A stretch of DNA of 64,000 nucleotides from Antedon mediterranea. Taxonomy: Eukaryota; Animalia; Echinodermata. The notes beneath the pieces are model-generated. The model made no database searches and was not told the origin of the DNA. It saw nothing but the letters and a program-made list of their open reading frames with translations. Each line of letters opens with the position of its first letter. Position 1 is the first letter of the stretch. The stretch spans positions 4,548,101 to 4,612,100 of the forward strand of contig NC_092677.1 of assembly GCF_964355755.1 (NCBI RefSeq), in the 5' to 3' direction. A program made the translations under genes and the position numbers. This document shows, in pieces, positions 12,221 to 25,012 of this stretch.

Positions 12221-15200
12221 TTAGCGAAAACATAATTTATAGGTAATTCGAATAATAATACAACTTTTGTTATTTTTATAGGAGAATTTGGGTCTTTTGA
12301 GGTTGCAGTATTCGGTGCATTTGACATACTTGCTGAATATATTTTATTGGTAAGTTGTATCATTATTGGTCAAATTAACGGCCGTAAATTGGTAATATTG
12401 CTGTTCGATTTCCATACACATATCAGAGGGGAAACATTTACTATAATATAACACCAAAGAATATCTGGTTGATTTTTTGTCCCGATTGAACTTGTATATA
12501 TGGCGCCCTCTGAAGTTATCCAAGTCGCTTATTATGGCAGTCAGTTATTTAATATCATGTGACCCACAATCCTTCAATCAAGTTACAAGAATCTACCCAG
12601 CTGTGTTATAATTTGTACTAACGTATAGTAATTATTCTTTCAGGTTTTGATAGGATTCTGCGTTTCCATAACGATTTTGGTTGGTCACTATTTGGGACAA
12701 AATGATCAGAAAAAGGCAAAAGTTATTGTGGAGACAGCCTTTATTTTAGTATGTAAGTAAACGCTTTTATCGTTTAAAAAACATTTTAATAATAAGACAA
12801 AATTCTCGAAAATCTTGAAGTATCTTGAATATCTTGAAATAAATATATTACATTATGATACTAGAAAATCACGTACTGGATTGATGAAATATTGTGGTAT
12901 AATAATATATAGGCCTACAAATATGAATGTTTATGAGTGTAATAATGGCATGAGATGAACGATGAAACGTTATATATCAACGAGGCAAAGCCGAGTTGAT
13001 ATTAACTTTTAATCATTCAAAACTACTACAAAATAGGTGGCGCTGTTGTATTTCAAAAGCAATAGTACAAAACAAATATTTTTCAAACCGCGAAAAGATT
13101 TTTTTTTTCGTACACAAAAAAAAATTACTATTAAACAATCGTTTGATAGTGCGTACTATTGCACGCCATGTGATCAACAATTGTCCAATCAAATTAGAGG
13201 AATTTATTTAGGTGTTATATAATACCTAATATAGGGCCTAGATTGTTTTGTTTATTTATTTTACAACATGTCCGTGGACAAATGACATAATAAACTGAGT
13301 ATATGTGTTCTGTGTTTTAGTGGGTGTTGCATTTGTTCTTGGTCTTACACTCTTCTTGTTACGAGATTATGCTGGATATGTTTACACCAATGATAGGTAT
13401 GTATGCAAATTAGGTAGACACACCTTTATTAAATTTTACACCTGCTTTTATGCAGAATGAACTGCGTCAGGGAAATTTTTGGCATGTGCCGACAAAACTA
13501 TAAATGTTGATAAAGATTGAAATAAATTACAATAAACCGAGAGCTAGCACTCTTTAGGTCCTAATTTATCATGAATTATTCATGATTTCTGCCTTAGATG
13601 TCGGTTAAAAAATCCACTCTAGAAACGAATTGTTTGATCAATTCTTACGTCACATCTCATGCATAAGATTCATGTCACATCTTATGAACTGTATAAATAT
13701 AACAAGTTTCTTTCTCTTTTATTCTGTAGAGAAATAATAACGGCCTTCTCAAAGTTGATATTTTTGGCTGTGATATACGTTATCTCGGTAACGATTGTGG
13801 TAGGTTTTTTACAATTAGGCCTACTATTTATTTGTTATAAAATATAGATGGTTAAGTAGACCAATGACACTGATAATATTGATGTAACAGTCTTTTAAAT
13901 AAGATTATAATGTTGTTGATCTGTTATAGCGCTTTTGGCAATCGATGGATTGTCCCAAAGCGCTCACAATAAACATTGAGATGAAAGAGAGAGAATTATA
14001 AAGAACTCCATGAGACTCTAAATACTCCTTATTTCACTAAGGAAAGATAACTGAAAAGATGGTTTAAAAAAATTGAAAACAAAGTGAATACAAACAAGGC
14101 CAACAGCCATAATTCCCGTGCTCTCAGAAAAAATGAACTTTCAAAAAGTAATGTACATCAAAACAGTTCAAAAAGTACAGAAAAGCGATAAAACGCATAG
14201 TGATACCGGACCGACAGACCGACAGACCGACCGACCGACATAGTGAAATATTGACTAAAAAGGGTGAATCTTGAATGGAATGGGCTTTCTACTTATAAGC
14301 TGTGCTTCAGAGATTCCCCCTTTCCATTCTTTCATTTTTGTAATGATTATTTATGTATATTTATGGTTTTTTTTTTGTGAATGGAAAACAAAAAAAATGT
14401 AGAAGATTATTTTTACAGTTTTGGGAACTGGTGGAACACAGTTCATATGGCATGATTTGTCCACTACCATATGCTGAGCTTAGGTTAGTTAGGATTATAG
14501 CCTATAATCAGGCATCACATGTGTTTAACATTTGTTTATGATACTGTGAAAAGAATATTACAACAGTACCAATAATCTGCGATCAAAACAACTTTAAATC
14601 GATTTGAAAACAGAAATGTTGAAGTTTGAACTTACGATTGTTTTTTTATTTCTGATTGTTATCAGTCGATTGTCAAGGCAATATTACAAGCAGTTGGTAG
14701 ACAAAACATAGGAACTAATACTAGCCTGATTGCATACTCAATTGGACTAACATGTTCTGTTGTATTTGCATTTAAATTAGACTGGAAATCAACAGGTATT
14801 TTACGGATCGATTGGTTTTTTATTCTCACCATCATCATCGTCATCATCATCATCATCATCAAAAATATCATCATCAACATCATCGTCATCATCATCATCA
14901 TCATCATCGTCGTCGTCGTCGTTGTCGTTGCCATCATCAACAATATCATCATCAACATCATCGTCATCGTCAACATCATCAACATCATCGTCATCATCAA
15001 CATCATCGTCATCATCAACATCATCGTCATCATCAACATCAACAACCTCATCGTCATCTTCATTAACAACATCATCATCATCATTATCATCATCCTCATC
15101 ATCATTGTCATCATCATGTCATTATCCTAATCAACATCATGACATATTATTTCTTTCTACATTTATCACCACGACACGATGAATGAATGAACTTAATTGG

Positions 15201-16090
15201 GTTTTTTTGCAGGTCTTTTGGCGGGTATCGTTATTGCTGATGGTATTGAAGCTACCATTCTTCTTATAGTCCTACTTACCATAGATTTTTCAAAGGAAGC
15301 AGAACTCGTAAGTATTTAAATAATAATTTTTATTTTTCATTTTTTAAAAACAATTTTGTTTTTATTCTTCGAAGTCAGAAGAACAATAGAAACCATTGTC
15401 AATAATCAAATCTGAAATATAGGGATCAAGAGATTTTGCTTGCCATGGATTTGGCCAACTACTCGAGCATAGGACCTTACCAAACCACCAGGACTTAAGG
15501 GTCTTTCACACCTGCTACAGTTCTGGCTCATTTTCCGGTTCGCGTCAGATTGAACGTTTCGTATCGTATTTCTTTTCGTATTCATGACTCGCCGCGCGGC
15601 ACACCAATCGAGTAAACTGATCGGCTCATAGACGCTACGCGCGGACCGCCGTAGAAACGAAACATTGAGATTGTATTTGTCGGAGCCGGACCGGAACAGG
15701 ACGTGTGAAAGACGCTTTAGTTAAGATACAATCAATCAGCCATCCCATCAGAATCAATCGTTAGTTCAGATTAACACATCACCGGATTATTTTCGATATG
15801 TTTGTTTCATTTCACAATTAATGTTTCTATTAAAGGCTCTCGAGAGATGTAGTGTGTCTGAACTACAAACATACACAGACATTGAGGATGGTGACGTATC
15901 AAATGAAACGCAGAAGAAGAATGGACAATCAAACGGAAAGTTACACAATAAAATACAACAACAAGAAAGAAGTTTACTTATTGAAAACACCAAGTACAGA
16001 TTGAGCAAGTCAACAATCATAATTAGAATATTAAATTTTACAGTTCCATGTTTGATTTGCTTAGGAAGTATATTTATTTACATTTATTAA
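8691..16090 (+). CDS. SLC47A/MATE-family (multidrug and toxin extrusion-like) transporter, copy 1, exons 2-15; exon 1 not found in window
   Basis: GT-AG exons 8691-8792, 9053-9121, 10281-10429, 10605-10647, 10940-11082, 11371-11456, 11901-12014, 12282-12349, 12644-12752, 13321-13396, 13730-13799, 14666-14795, 15213-15307 and 15836-16090 join in frame. MATE-like motifs: FCSRLGPNEMAAITLA, LLNYILVYVFDMGFRGSAIA, LENWGEFFSIAV, VGHYLGQND, AILQAVGRQNIG, and a hydrophobic C-terminal 13th helix as in animal MATE1. Confidence 0.9.
11528..11688. mobile_element. PIF/Harbinger-type MITE, family 1 (TIR AGC(G/T)TGGTTCCCACTAG)
   Basis: Terminal inverted repeats with TTA on both sides. Related copies at 17985-18200, 18361-18562, 20969-21158, ~48125-48250 and 62888-63103. 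Confidence 0.8.
12905..13222 (+). mobile_element. Dispersed non-autonomous element with central hairpin (TCAACGAGGCAAAGCCGAGTTGA); second copy at ~27496-27862
   Basis: Two copies share the hairpin core and the 3' block GTGCGTACTATTGCACGCCATGTGA...AGGTGTTATATAAT. Superfamily not assignable by eye. Confidence 0.6.
14828..15122. repeat. Imperfect (CAT/CGT/CAA)n microsatellite in MATE copy 1 intron 13
   Basis: Direct trinucleotide repeat. A much shorter version lies in the equivalent intron of copy 2 (~22895-22940). Confidence 0.95.
15498..15716. mobile_element. PIF/Harbinger-type MITE, family 2
   Basis: TIRs AGGGTCTTTCACAC / GTGTGAAAGACGCT with TTA on both sides. Confidence 0.7.
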
Positions 16091-16334
16091 AATAATGCAC
16101 AATTATTATATTATTTAAATTTGAGGTAAATTACAAGTGTTTAGGCTATTCAAAATGTATACTATCGGATTAGACTGACTGTAGGTATATGCAAATATCA
16201 CAGATTCTACATCTGTCACTAGGTAGAGCGTGACTGACCATCGATAGTCATCTAGATATGTAGCTTAACGTGTAAATGTGACGTGCCACTGATACATAAG
16301 TGCAGGACTAATACATTGCTTTATTACTATTACT

Positions 16335-16585
16335 GTCGTTTGTCCAACGTGAAATAATAAACCCAAATGGCTTGTGGTAAATTGGTTCACACCCTGCCAT
16401 GATGACCTCATGGTGACCTTATATTGTGCTACTTTATATTCGACTCCATCTTCACTTGCTTGGCAACCTCCAGAAGACGGTTGTATCAAAACTTCGAGAC
16501 ATTCTCAACCATTATACTTCCTGTATGGTGTGCCGCAAACCTATTTTAGATTTCTAGGCTGTTTATTGAGATGAAAGGTTCTTTG
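16335..16585 (-). mobile_element. Probable degenerate LINE reverse-transcriptase fragment
   Basis: Minus-strand translation gives FHLNKQPRNL..VCGTP..YNG with stops and frameshifts, resembling the FHLNN motif near the C-terminus of some non-LTR RTs. Judged by eye only. Confidence 0.35.
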
Positions 16586-16807
16586 ATTGTTTATGTAGTC
16601 TATATAATCCTCTTTCTCATTTTTTAAAAACATTTTATTGCTGTTTGTATTATATAACACTGTATATACATTTTCTTAATTACTGCACGGGCAAAATAGT
16701 ATTAAATAATATTTTATCACTATTTGTATCTATAGTGCTGTTCCGCCGTACCACGCCGAGAATGTTAAAGAGTCGCTATCCAATCGAGTTCGAACAATAC
16801 CATGAAA

Positions 16808-16879
16808 GCCCCAGTGGTCTAATGGTTAGGACATCTGCATATCAAGCAGGCGGTCCGAGTTCGAATCTCGGTTGGGGCG
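16808..16879 (+). tRNA. tRNA-like gene with anticodon ATC (Asp-like), probably carried by a TA-flanked repeat (~16731-17010)
   Basis: Full cloverleaf: acceptor GCCCCAG/TTGGGGC, D stem GTCT/GGAC, anticodon stem TCTGC/GCAGG with loop ATATCAA, T stem CCGAG/CTCGG with loop TTCGAAT, discriminator G, followed by a T5 Pol III terminator (16882-16886). Confidence 0.6.
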
Positions 16880-17333
16880 ACTTTTTCTCATTCTCACAGA
16901 TTTCCTCATCTTTATCGTTTCAAATTAATTAATTAAATTTCAGTATATCACCGGGCGGTTTAGAATTAATGTTCTGTGCCTGATTTGTTTATATATATAA
17001 ATTTGTATATATGTACTTAACTACACTATAATAATTGTTTTTGTATTATTATTACATGGTAGGACGCTTCCCCTATCTAAATTTCAAATGTTTTCATCAA
17101 GTTTAACGACAATTTACACAGAGGAGCTGCAGTAATGGCAAACCGAAACCTATGTTATTTCTTATAACCGTTTACTGAACACAAAAGGCGGAGCTGACGA
17201 GCGGTAATGTTGGTTCTCACTAGCGACGGAACGTAACAAAACGTAAGAAAATGCCCTTTCAATAATTGAAGTGAGGTGAACCGTACAGTATTATTGTATC
17301 TAGTATTGCACAGATGGTATTAACAGCGTAATC

Positions 17334-20300
17334 ATGGCCGAAAAATTGTTGACTTGTTTGGAGCCGTTTACATTTTCAATGTTTCGAGATGGAGTTAAAG
17401 ATATTGTCAGAATGGGGAGTATATTGGTAAGTTATTGACATTGAATAACTATTATGTTTTATATTACTGTAGTATAGGAATAGTAGGCCTACTACATAAT
17501 CCATTTGCCATGCAGTGGTCAACGGTTTAGTAAAGTGGTTAGGCCTATACTTACCATCATTTACGTGTAGGCATATCTCAAGTGAAATGTGGGGACTAAA
17601 ATATTTTAACCCACCAATCATTAGGCCTATATGCCTATTGTTTATTGTAACTGATCTTAAAAAAAGTATAGTCCTCTAAAAGTTATCATCCTCTTCGCCA
17701 TGTTATAGTTAATTAACAGTAAATAGTAGCAATAAAAACATGTTTTATACTTGTTTTATTTTTATTTTTTACAGGCATTGTCACTTTGTCTCGAGTACCT
17801 TATGTTTACGGTATGTGTGTTGTTCTGCAGTCGTTTAGGTCAGACTGAAATGGCTGCCATAACGTTAGCACAATCGGTAAGCATGTTCAATACATGACAT
17901 GATACGAGCAGGCAGTTTTTAATTACAACTGAATCCTGGTATGTTTTAACATGTTTAAGATGTTTAAAAGATTCACGGCGTTAAAGCTTGGTTCCCCACA
18001 ATGCAACCTACGCAACGTAACAAAATGCCCTTCAAATAATTGTGTTTGCTCCCGCCTGCGTGAAATCAAACCTGTGATTTTTGCAGCACTGTTACGTCGT
18101 CGGTTCCCAATCAAAAGCATTCGAACTGTCGCTTGTGATTGGTCAATTCCCTTGTGTTGCGGCTTACGTCCTTGCGTTGCGTCCTAGTGGGAACCAAGCT
18201 TTACCTAAGTAAATCTAACCATTTAATCATTAATTTACGAAACTTTATTCACTATACCTATAGTTTATAGCCACATTTTGCCTTGTTCCGGCAGCTTGTT
18301 CAATGACAGTTTGTAATACATACTTTTCAGTTGTAAGTATTAATGAATCCTTTTTACTAAAACTTGGTTACCACTAGCGACGCAACCTACGCAACGTAAG
18401 AAAATGCCATTCCAATAATTGTGTTTACCCCCGCCTGCGTGAAATAAAACCTGCGATGTTTCCAGTATTATTGCGTAGTCGGTTCCCACTTGTGATTACG
18501 CAATACATCACTTTGCGTCAATACGTCGCTGCGTTGCGTTGCGTTCTAGTGGAAACCACGCTTAAAAACAACATTTATTTTTAGTCGATCTTACTATATT
18601 TTGCTTTAAATTAGTTTTTTCATATGTAAATAATTTGTTTTCGATCCAATGTTTGGTCAAAGTGAATAACCATTATGTGACATTAAAATGGCATATTATT
18701 TAAAAAAAAACACGGTTTTGAATATTATTTTTTTGCGGGAGGGGGGTGGGGGTGGACAATATTATCTTGATACTAAAATACATTTTTTACAGGGTCATGG
18801 AGCAAACCTCGGACGATCACAAGGAATCTACCTTCAAAAGATGGTGTATCTATCAATAATTGCGTCACTTCTCTGTAGTGCTGTACTTATAAATATTGAA
18901 GATATTTTAATATTAATAATTGACGAACCAGATATAATTGTGTAAGTATGTTATGGAATAAGTAAGGACCTACTTGAACAATGCTATTATAATGTTGTTT
19001 GTGTTATTCCTTTGCATCAAAAGAAAATTAAAGTATAGTAACAATCAATAAAAGTGACAATTATTATTTTGACGCTTGTTTGTATTTATTTGCTCTTAGA
19101 TTTGCGGGAATTGTTATACGGAGATTTATTCCAGCTACTTTTGTAAGTACTTTAGCTTATTATCAGTGATGTATCTCCACATACGACAATATTTTGCCAG
19201 TATCAAGGAATATTCCGTAATACAGTATTCATATTATCACATGTGGTACTACCTGTATCATGTAAGGTCAGATTAAGGATTAGGTTATGGTCTATGATAC
19301 AGTACTATGATACATGTAAAACATGTGATGCTGTATTAAGATTTTTTCCTGATACTGAAGAAATATTGATACAGTACCAAAAATCGGGGGCTATATTTGT
19401 ACATTTATAGTTATATAATGTATAGGTATAGTTATGTTATTGCAGAGTGGATGAAAATACAAGCTAAAGTAGTATACGTATGAAACGCCATATGTGCCAA
19501 ACTATTTAACTTTTTACTAATATCAAAACTCCGTCTCCAACCTAGACTAAGTGGATGCAAGTTTGTTTTAATAAAAAAAAATGAGAGTACCGTATATCGA
19601 AGGGTAATACTGTTATTTTGGTATACTTGTTAGGCTGTATTTATCACCATTGGTCTTAGTCGAATATTGCAATGCAGAGACAAGATTGGCGTTACAGCAA
19701 TAGCAGCTATCGTCAGTGTATGTTTTAATATACTACTTAATTACATTCTAGTTTATGTGTTGGACATGGGATTCAGGTAAAATAAATGATTTTTTAAAAT
19801 ATTTTAACTAATAAATGTTTGCAAATTTGGATATTGATTCTGATCGCTCAATGACAGTACCACTGACGAACATGTTAGGTCAGCCTTTAGTTCAACTTGA
19901 TTAAGCTGCGTTTACACGCACTAGGTTAGGCTTTTATAGGACGGGATAAAGCTGATCCGAATCATTTCCGAGTTACTTAACGACGTACGTAATCATTCCG
20001 TGTCGTTAAATTCGAAATTACTCCCGATAGTTTTTGTTAAACCATACACGTTTGAACCACAAGTGAAATGGTAAAGCTCTGTCTACACTATCAACCTTTA
20101 TGTGATGGGCCAATATATGGACATGATGATCATATCACTACCATATTTGAGCATATCACTGCCATATTTGAGCATATCACTGCCATATTTGAGCATATCA
20201 CTGCCATATTTGAGCATATCACTGCCATATTTGAGAGTATAGACAGAGCTTAAGATTGACTGCAGGACTGGTATAAAATCCGATTGAGAAAAGCGTATAC

Positions 20301-23300
20301 AGCTAGTTTGCATGACAGTTTGACGTCACCAGTGATATGTTATAATATAATTTGATCAATAAAATAACAGTATGGGCTTTTACACCATTTATTTATAGGG
20401 GATCGGCTATAGCTGTGGTTGTTGCACAATACATTAATTGTATTTTATTAGCAGTATATGTATACAAGTACGAAGATCTTGAGTGTAAGTTGTATCACCA
20501 TTTCCAGCTTCAGGTCAAGCGAAAAAGAGCGGCAACTTTTTATAACTAATGTATTTAATTTATAATTTGTTAATACATTTTTTTTCTTTTTTTTTTTTGC
20601 AGTTTTTTCTCTCAAATCTCTGGAGAATTGGGGCGAATTTTTCTCAATTGCTGTACACGGAGGGCTTACGTACGAAATAATGCAGGTGTGCATCATGGTC
20701 TGTTACATACTATCAGGTATGGTTAACAATTCAAGTACTACTTTTCTTCTCAATGACACTGAAAACCCTAAATTCGACTGTCGCGTACAAAAGTCGTTTC
20801 ATTTATCATATGGTGTTTTACGCGTAAAGGCTAACATCTCTTTAGGTGCCCGCCAGTGGTGATTTACATATAATTATTTTATTCAACATTTTTTCTTTTA
20901 TAAATAGAATAGCAGTGACGAAAGTTTAATTAATTGGTGCCCGCTCACCCAAGCATGCAGGGCCCTAAAGCGTGGTTCCCACTACGACACAACGCAACGA
21001 CATATTGACGCAAAGTGCTGTATTGCGTAATCACAAGTGGGAACCGACGCAACCGTGCTGCAAATATCGCAGGTTTGATTTCAGGCAGGCGGGGGAAAAC
21101 AAAATTATTGGAATGGCATTTTCTTACGTTACGTTACGTCGCTAGTGGGAACCACGCTTTAAAATGCATTGCCAAGGACGCGAGTCCCTAATGATCAGCT
21201 TCAGCTAGATGGACCACCATCATTAAATATTGCGGAAATAAATACAAATAAATAAACATAAGATTAAAAGGAAAGTAAGTCTATGGAAGTTATTTTGTGT
21301 TTATAATGAATTAGTTATGTTAACTAATATTATTTTTATAGAACGATTTGGGGCCATTGATGTTGCAGTTTTTGGTGCATTTAACATACTTGCAGCGTAC
21401 GTTCTTATAGTAAGTTGTTGTTGGTCATATTATATAAATATGTTTCAAGAGTCCTAAATTGTTTGTTGATGATCTTTTCCTCTTACTTATGAAAACAAGA
21501 CCGAGCTGCACATCCAACAAATAAAACCCTTCACTAAAACGGCAGTCCTTGTCAAATTTCATCCGATTCCGCAGCTGTCACTAGATAGATTCTAACTGAC
21601 TATCGCAAGTCATTTAAATACGAGTCTAGCTTTATTAAATACTTTTAACAGAATTAGAAAAATTCAAGAAATCTTTTATATTAACGTGTCGTTTTAATAT
21701 ATTTCAGATGTTGATAGGATTCTGTGTTTCATTGACGATTATGGTTGGTCAATACTTGGGACAAAATGATTCGAAAAAGGCCAAAATTATTGTGGAGATA
21801 GCGTTTATTTTTATATGTAAGTCAATTACTCAAGTAAGCCGTTGTACCGTGTTGAATTATTGTTTTATATTATTGAATATTGTTATCTACAAAATTATTA
21901 CAATGACTAGAATAATAATTGACCGAGATCTGTGTTTTAGTAAGCGTTGCAGTCGTTATTGGTGTTACACTCTTCTTGTTACGAGATTATGCTGGATATG
22001 TTTACACCAATGATAGGTATGTATGCAAATTAAGAAGATATCCCCTTTATGCTCTTATTTCGAATTAGATTATGGAGTAATCCAAGGAATTATCACAGAA
22101 ATAAAGAGCCATCAGAATTATGAATTGTTACCATGGATATAGATTAAGAATGTAGTGCCTCACTCTACCCTAATAGTTCTGTATTGGACGAATCCCAGAA
22201 ATATCTGACATGGACAACAGATGACTGCCCGCATGAAATTTCTTCAATTCAGCAATTCGGAGTTTCGTTAAGCTAAAACTACTTACTTTATTGCTGGTCC
22301 GCCAGATAGTCTGATGACTTTCCCGCCTCGGCTGCCTTGCTTATATCTCGGATTGCTTTCTTCCAGTCCTGTCTGTTTTCTCTGAAACGTTTCTATACCT
22401 TTGGTTAAAATGCTGGAATTTTTTCAATCCACAATTTCCTTCATGAGACACATGTCGCGCAGCACTTGAATTCTCCAATTTGTTTACAATACTAAATACA
22501 ACAATTTTTTACATTTATCCCTTATCCTGTAGAGAAATAATAATGGCATTTTCAAAGATAATATTTTTGGCTGGGATATATGTTGTCTCGGTAACGACTG
22601 AGGTAGGTTGTATTGAAAGTTATTGTTCAAAACAAGTATAATATTACATTAAATTTGGAATAAAATTTAGCCATATTTTTGTTTTGGTTGTTTAACTGTT
22701 TTTCTGATTGTGATCAGGCGATTATCAAGGCAATATTACAAGCAATTGGTAGACAGAACGTTGGATCTCTTACCAGCCTGATTTCCTACTCAATTGGACT
22801 TGTATTAGCTGCTGTATTTGCATTCAAATTACATTGGAAAACAACAGGTAATTTTAAGGCTTGATCGGTTTGAGTGATTTCTACAACTTCTTTTGTCATC
22901 ATCATTTTCATTTTCATCGTCAACATAAATATCATCACCACTACTCGATTTGATTGTATTCACCCGACTCTGCAGCTATAACTAGATCAAGTCTAACTGA
23001 CTATCGCAAGTCAACTAGAAACGAGTCTGACTGTAATAAATACTTATTAAAAGGCGTGATCTTTTTCATTACGTCACTTGTCCATTTATTTTTGCTACGT
23101 AATGAGGTTCAGATCTGCATACAAGGTATAACGAATTGCAATAGTCAGTTAGACTCTATCCAATGACAGCTGCAAAATCGGGTTTTGTACTCACCACCGA
23201 TCATTCGGTTCAGTACCTTTCTTGCGGCCACTGGTTGTTAAAGCATTGACATATGAAACTGATTTTACAGGTCTTTGGGCGGGTATCGTAATGGCCGATG

Positions 23301-23781
23301 GCATAGAAGCGTTTATTCTTATTATAGTATTAAACAATATAGATTTTGCAAGAGAATCAGAACTCGTGAGTATTAACGTATATCAAAAGTTAATGAGCTA
23401 GACCCGTTCCCATATGACTTGCTCAGTAGGCCTAAGTCAGGTGTATTTTAGATTAACTTATTAGTCTGCTTTTTGGTTTATACGTTTGTTTCCATTCATA
23501 AAAATGTGTTCTTATTTTAGGCTCTCGAGAGATGTCGTGTATCTGAAGATCAACAGTTATACACAGAAATTGAGGATGATGACGTATCAAAGGAAACACT
23601 ACTGAAAATTGAATCAAATGACGAAAAGATAGAAAATGAAGACATAAAAGAGACAAGGTCACTTATTGAAAATACCGAGTACAAACTGAGCAAGCAAACA
23701 ATTATTATTAGAATATTAAATGTCACAATTCCATTTATAATTTGTTTAGCAAGTTTTTTTATTTATCTTTATCAAAATTAG
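17334..23781 (+). CDS. SLC47A/MATE-family transporter, copy 2, complete, 15 exons, 535 aa
   Basis: Exons 17334-17426, 17775-17876, 18264-18332, 18793-18941, 19100-19142, 19634-19776, 20399-20484, 20603-20716, 21342-21409, 21708-21816, 21941-22016, 22533-22602, 22718-22847, 23271-23365 and 23521-23781 total 1608 nt, open from ATG (MAEKLLTCLEPF...) to TAG. Internal exon sizes and phases equal those of copy 1. Confidence 0.92.
17985..18200. mobile_element. Harbinger-type MITE, family 1, in MATE copy 2 intron 2
   Basis: AGCTTGGTTCCC...GTGGGAACCAAGCT termini, TAA/TTA flanks. Confidence 0.75.
18361..18562. mobile_element. Harbinger-type MITE, family 1, in MATE copy 2 intron 3
   Basis: Degenerate TIRs ACTTGGTTACCACTAG / CTAGTGGAAACCACGCT, TAA flanks. 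Confidence 0.7.
20075..20250. mobile_element. Harbinger-type MITE, family 3 (TIR AGCTCTGTCTACACTA) with internal 21-bp tandem repeat
   Basis: TIRs with TAA TSD and (CATATCACTGCCATATTTGAG)n inside. Other copies at ~44729-44897, ~45265-45343 (partial), 55134-55302 and ~56214-56408. Confidence 0.8.
20969..21158. mobile_element. Harbinger-type MITE, family 1, in MATE copy 2 intron 8
   Basis: AGCGTGGTTCCCACTA...TAGTGGGAACCACGCT, TAA/TTA flanks. Confidence 0.75.
22279..22470 (-). mobile_element. Probable 3' end fragment of an RTE-like LINE
   Basis: Minus-strand ENRQDWKKAIRDISKAAEAG resembles the ORF end of RTE-clade elements, followed by a short (AAGT)n tail. Confidence 0.35.
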
Positions 23782-24055
23782 TATGTATTAAAAATCAGTT
23801 ATTGTTATCTCTCATAAAATGGCCTTCGTCATTTAAGATTTAAGAATACGTAAAATATTTAATTGTACAAAATCATTAACTTTCTAGGTTTAATAATTTT
23901 AGTGTCAATAAAATACTGAAATACAGAAGCACAGTAGGCCTATTATTACTATTAATATTTGTCATAAATATTATGTTTCTGATTTCCTAGTTAGATAAAG
24001 GATGTTTTAGACTAGGTCTGCTAAATTTATGAGCCAATCTTATTAGCATAATTTC

Positions 24056-24478
24056 TGTAGGAAACTTTTGGAGGGAACATGTGAACCTCCTCTGAAGCTC
24101 CTAATTTGCATATTGAGTATAAAGAGTAAAATGTTACAGATACAGACAGGAAGAGAATATATTAACATAGTAGAAAGACGTATATAGTATAGAGAAGAAA
24201 GGTCTAGACTGGTAGAAAGTTGTTTTGTATTAATACTGAGTTACAAGAAATAAAAGTTATAGTTGATTATACTTTTTGTGTATGTGGAATCATTGAGCAC
24301 ACAGTCTGTGTACGGTCTCGTGGATTAATACGCCAGAGAAAGCATACGCTCGGAATCAACACTATAAAATCCCTACATGGTGGCAGCGGTGAATTTTTTT
24401 TATTGAAGACGTGAAGAGATGGCCACAGTTTACTGTCTGTAGACACAATACCGTACGGATATCGGTGAACCACCTACA
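24056..24478 (+). mobile_element. Truncated LTR retrotransposon: LTR 24056-24377 plus primer-binding site 24378-24390 and ~90 bp of internal sequence
   Basis: TGTAGG...CCTACA termini and an internal AATAAA. The LTR is followed immediately by TGGTGGCAGCGGT, complementary to a tRNA-Leu 3' end (a common Gypsy-type PBS). No second LTR or TSD seen. Confidence 0.65.
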
Positions 24479-24854
24479 TCCTTTATCATAATAATTTCAT
24501 AGATAGAATTTAAATCATCCATTTTGTGTTTTGACGTATGTTAGAAGACAAAGAATAAAACAACGAGTTACCGTATCAAATCGTCATCATCATTACATCA
24601 TCATCATCATATAGTTATCATTGTATATAGTCACAAACAAAAATTGGCAAGTAGAAATAAGAGCTTGGTTAATTGAGAATAAGTAAAAGATGATCCGTGA
24701 CAATCACAATGGTTATCCACCAAGTAAGGATACCCAATACAGGATTGCTATGAAGGTTAGATTGTTAACGATTTTTAAAACATTTTTAAGTATAATAGGT
24801 CCATGTGTTTTATTTAAATGTGTATATGTTTTCTGGTCTGTATGTAAATGTAAA

Positions 24855-25012
24855 TTACTTTGTATATGTGCTGTACATCAACTGAACTGAAGACAAGAAT
24901 GATTGTTTTTGCTTGGTCCGGTTACACCTGGTGATCAACTCCTATGTTTTTTTAATACTACTTTCCTGCGAACCGCGGATAATGGTAACTTATTAATTGT
25001 TAACGTTTGTAT
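24855..25012 (+). pseudogene. Broken duplicate of exon 1 of the YWTD gene
   Basis: Aligns with 25836-25990 (TTACTTTGTATG..CAACTGAAGACAAGAATGATTGTT..GGATAATGGTAA) but frameshifts to TGA after 11 codons. Confidence 0.75.

Noticed and set aside
14662-15182. Poly-His, poly-Met and poly-Ser ORFs
   Set aside because: Translations of an intronic (CAT)n microsatellite between MATE exons 13 and 14.
20130-20235. 21-bp repeats as a possible CRISPR array (also the 42-bp and 41-bp repeats at 25480 and 61143)
   Set aside because: Contiguous tandem repeats with no unique spacers, no cas genes, eukaryotic context.
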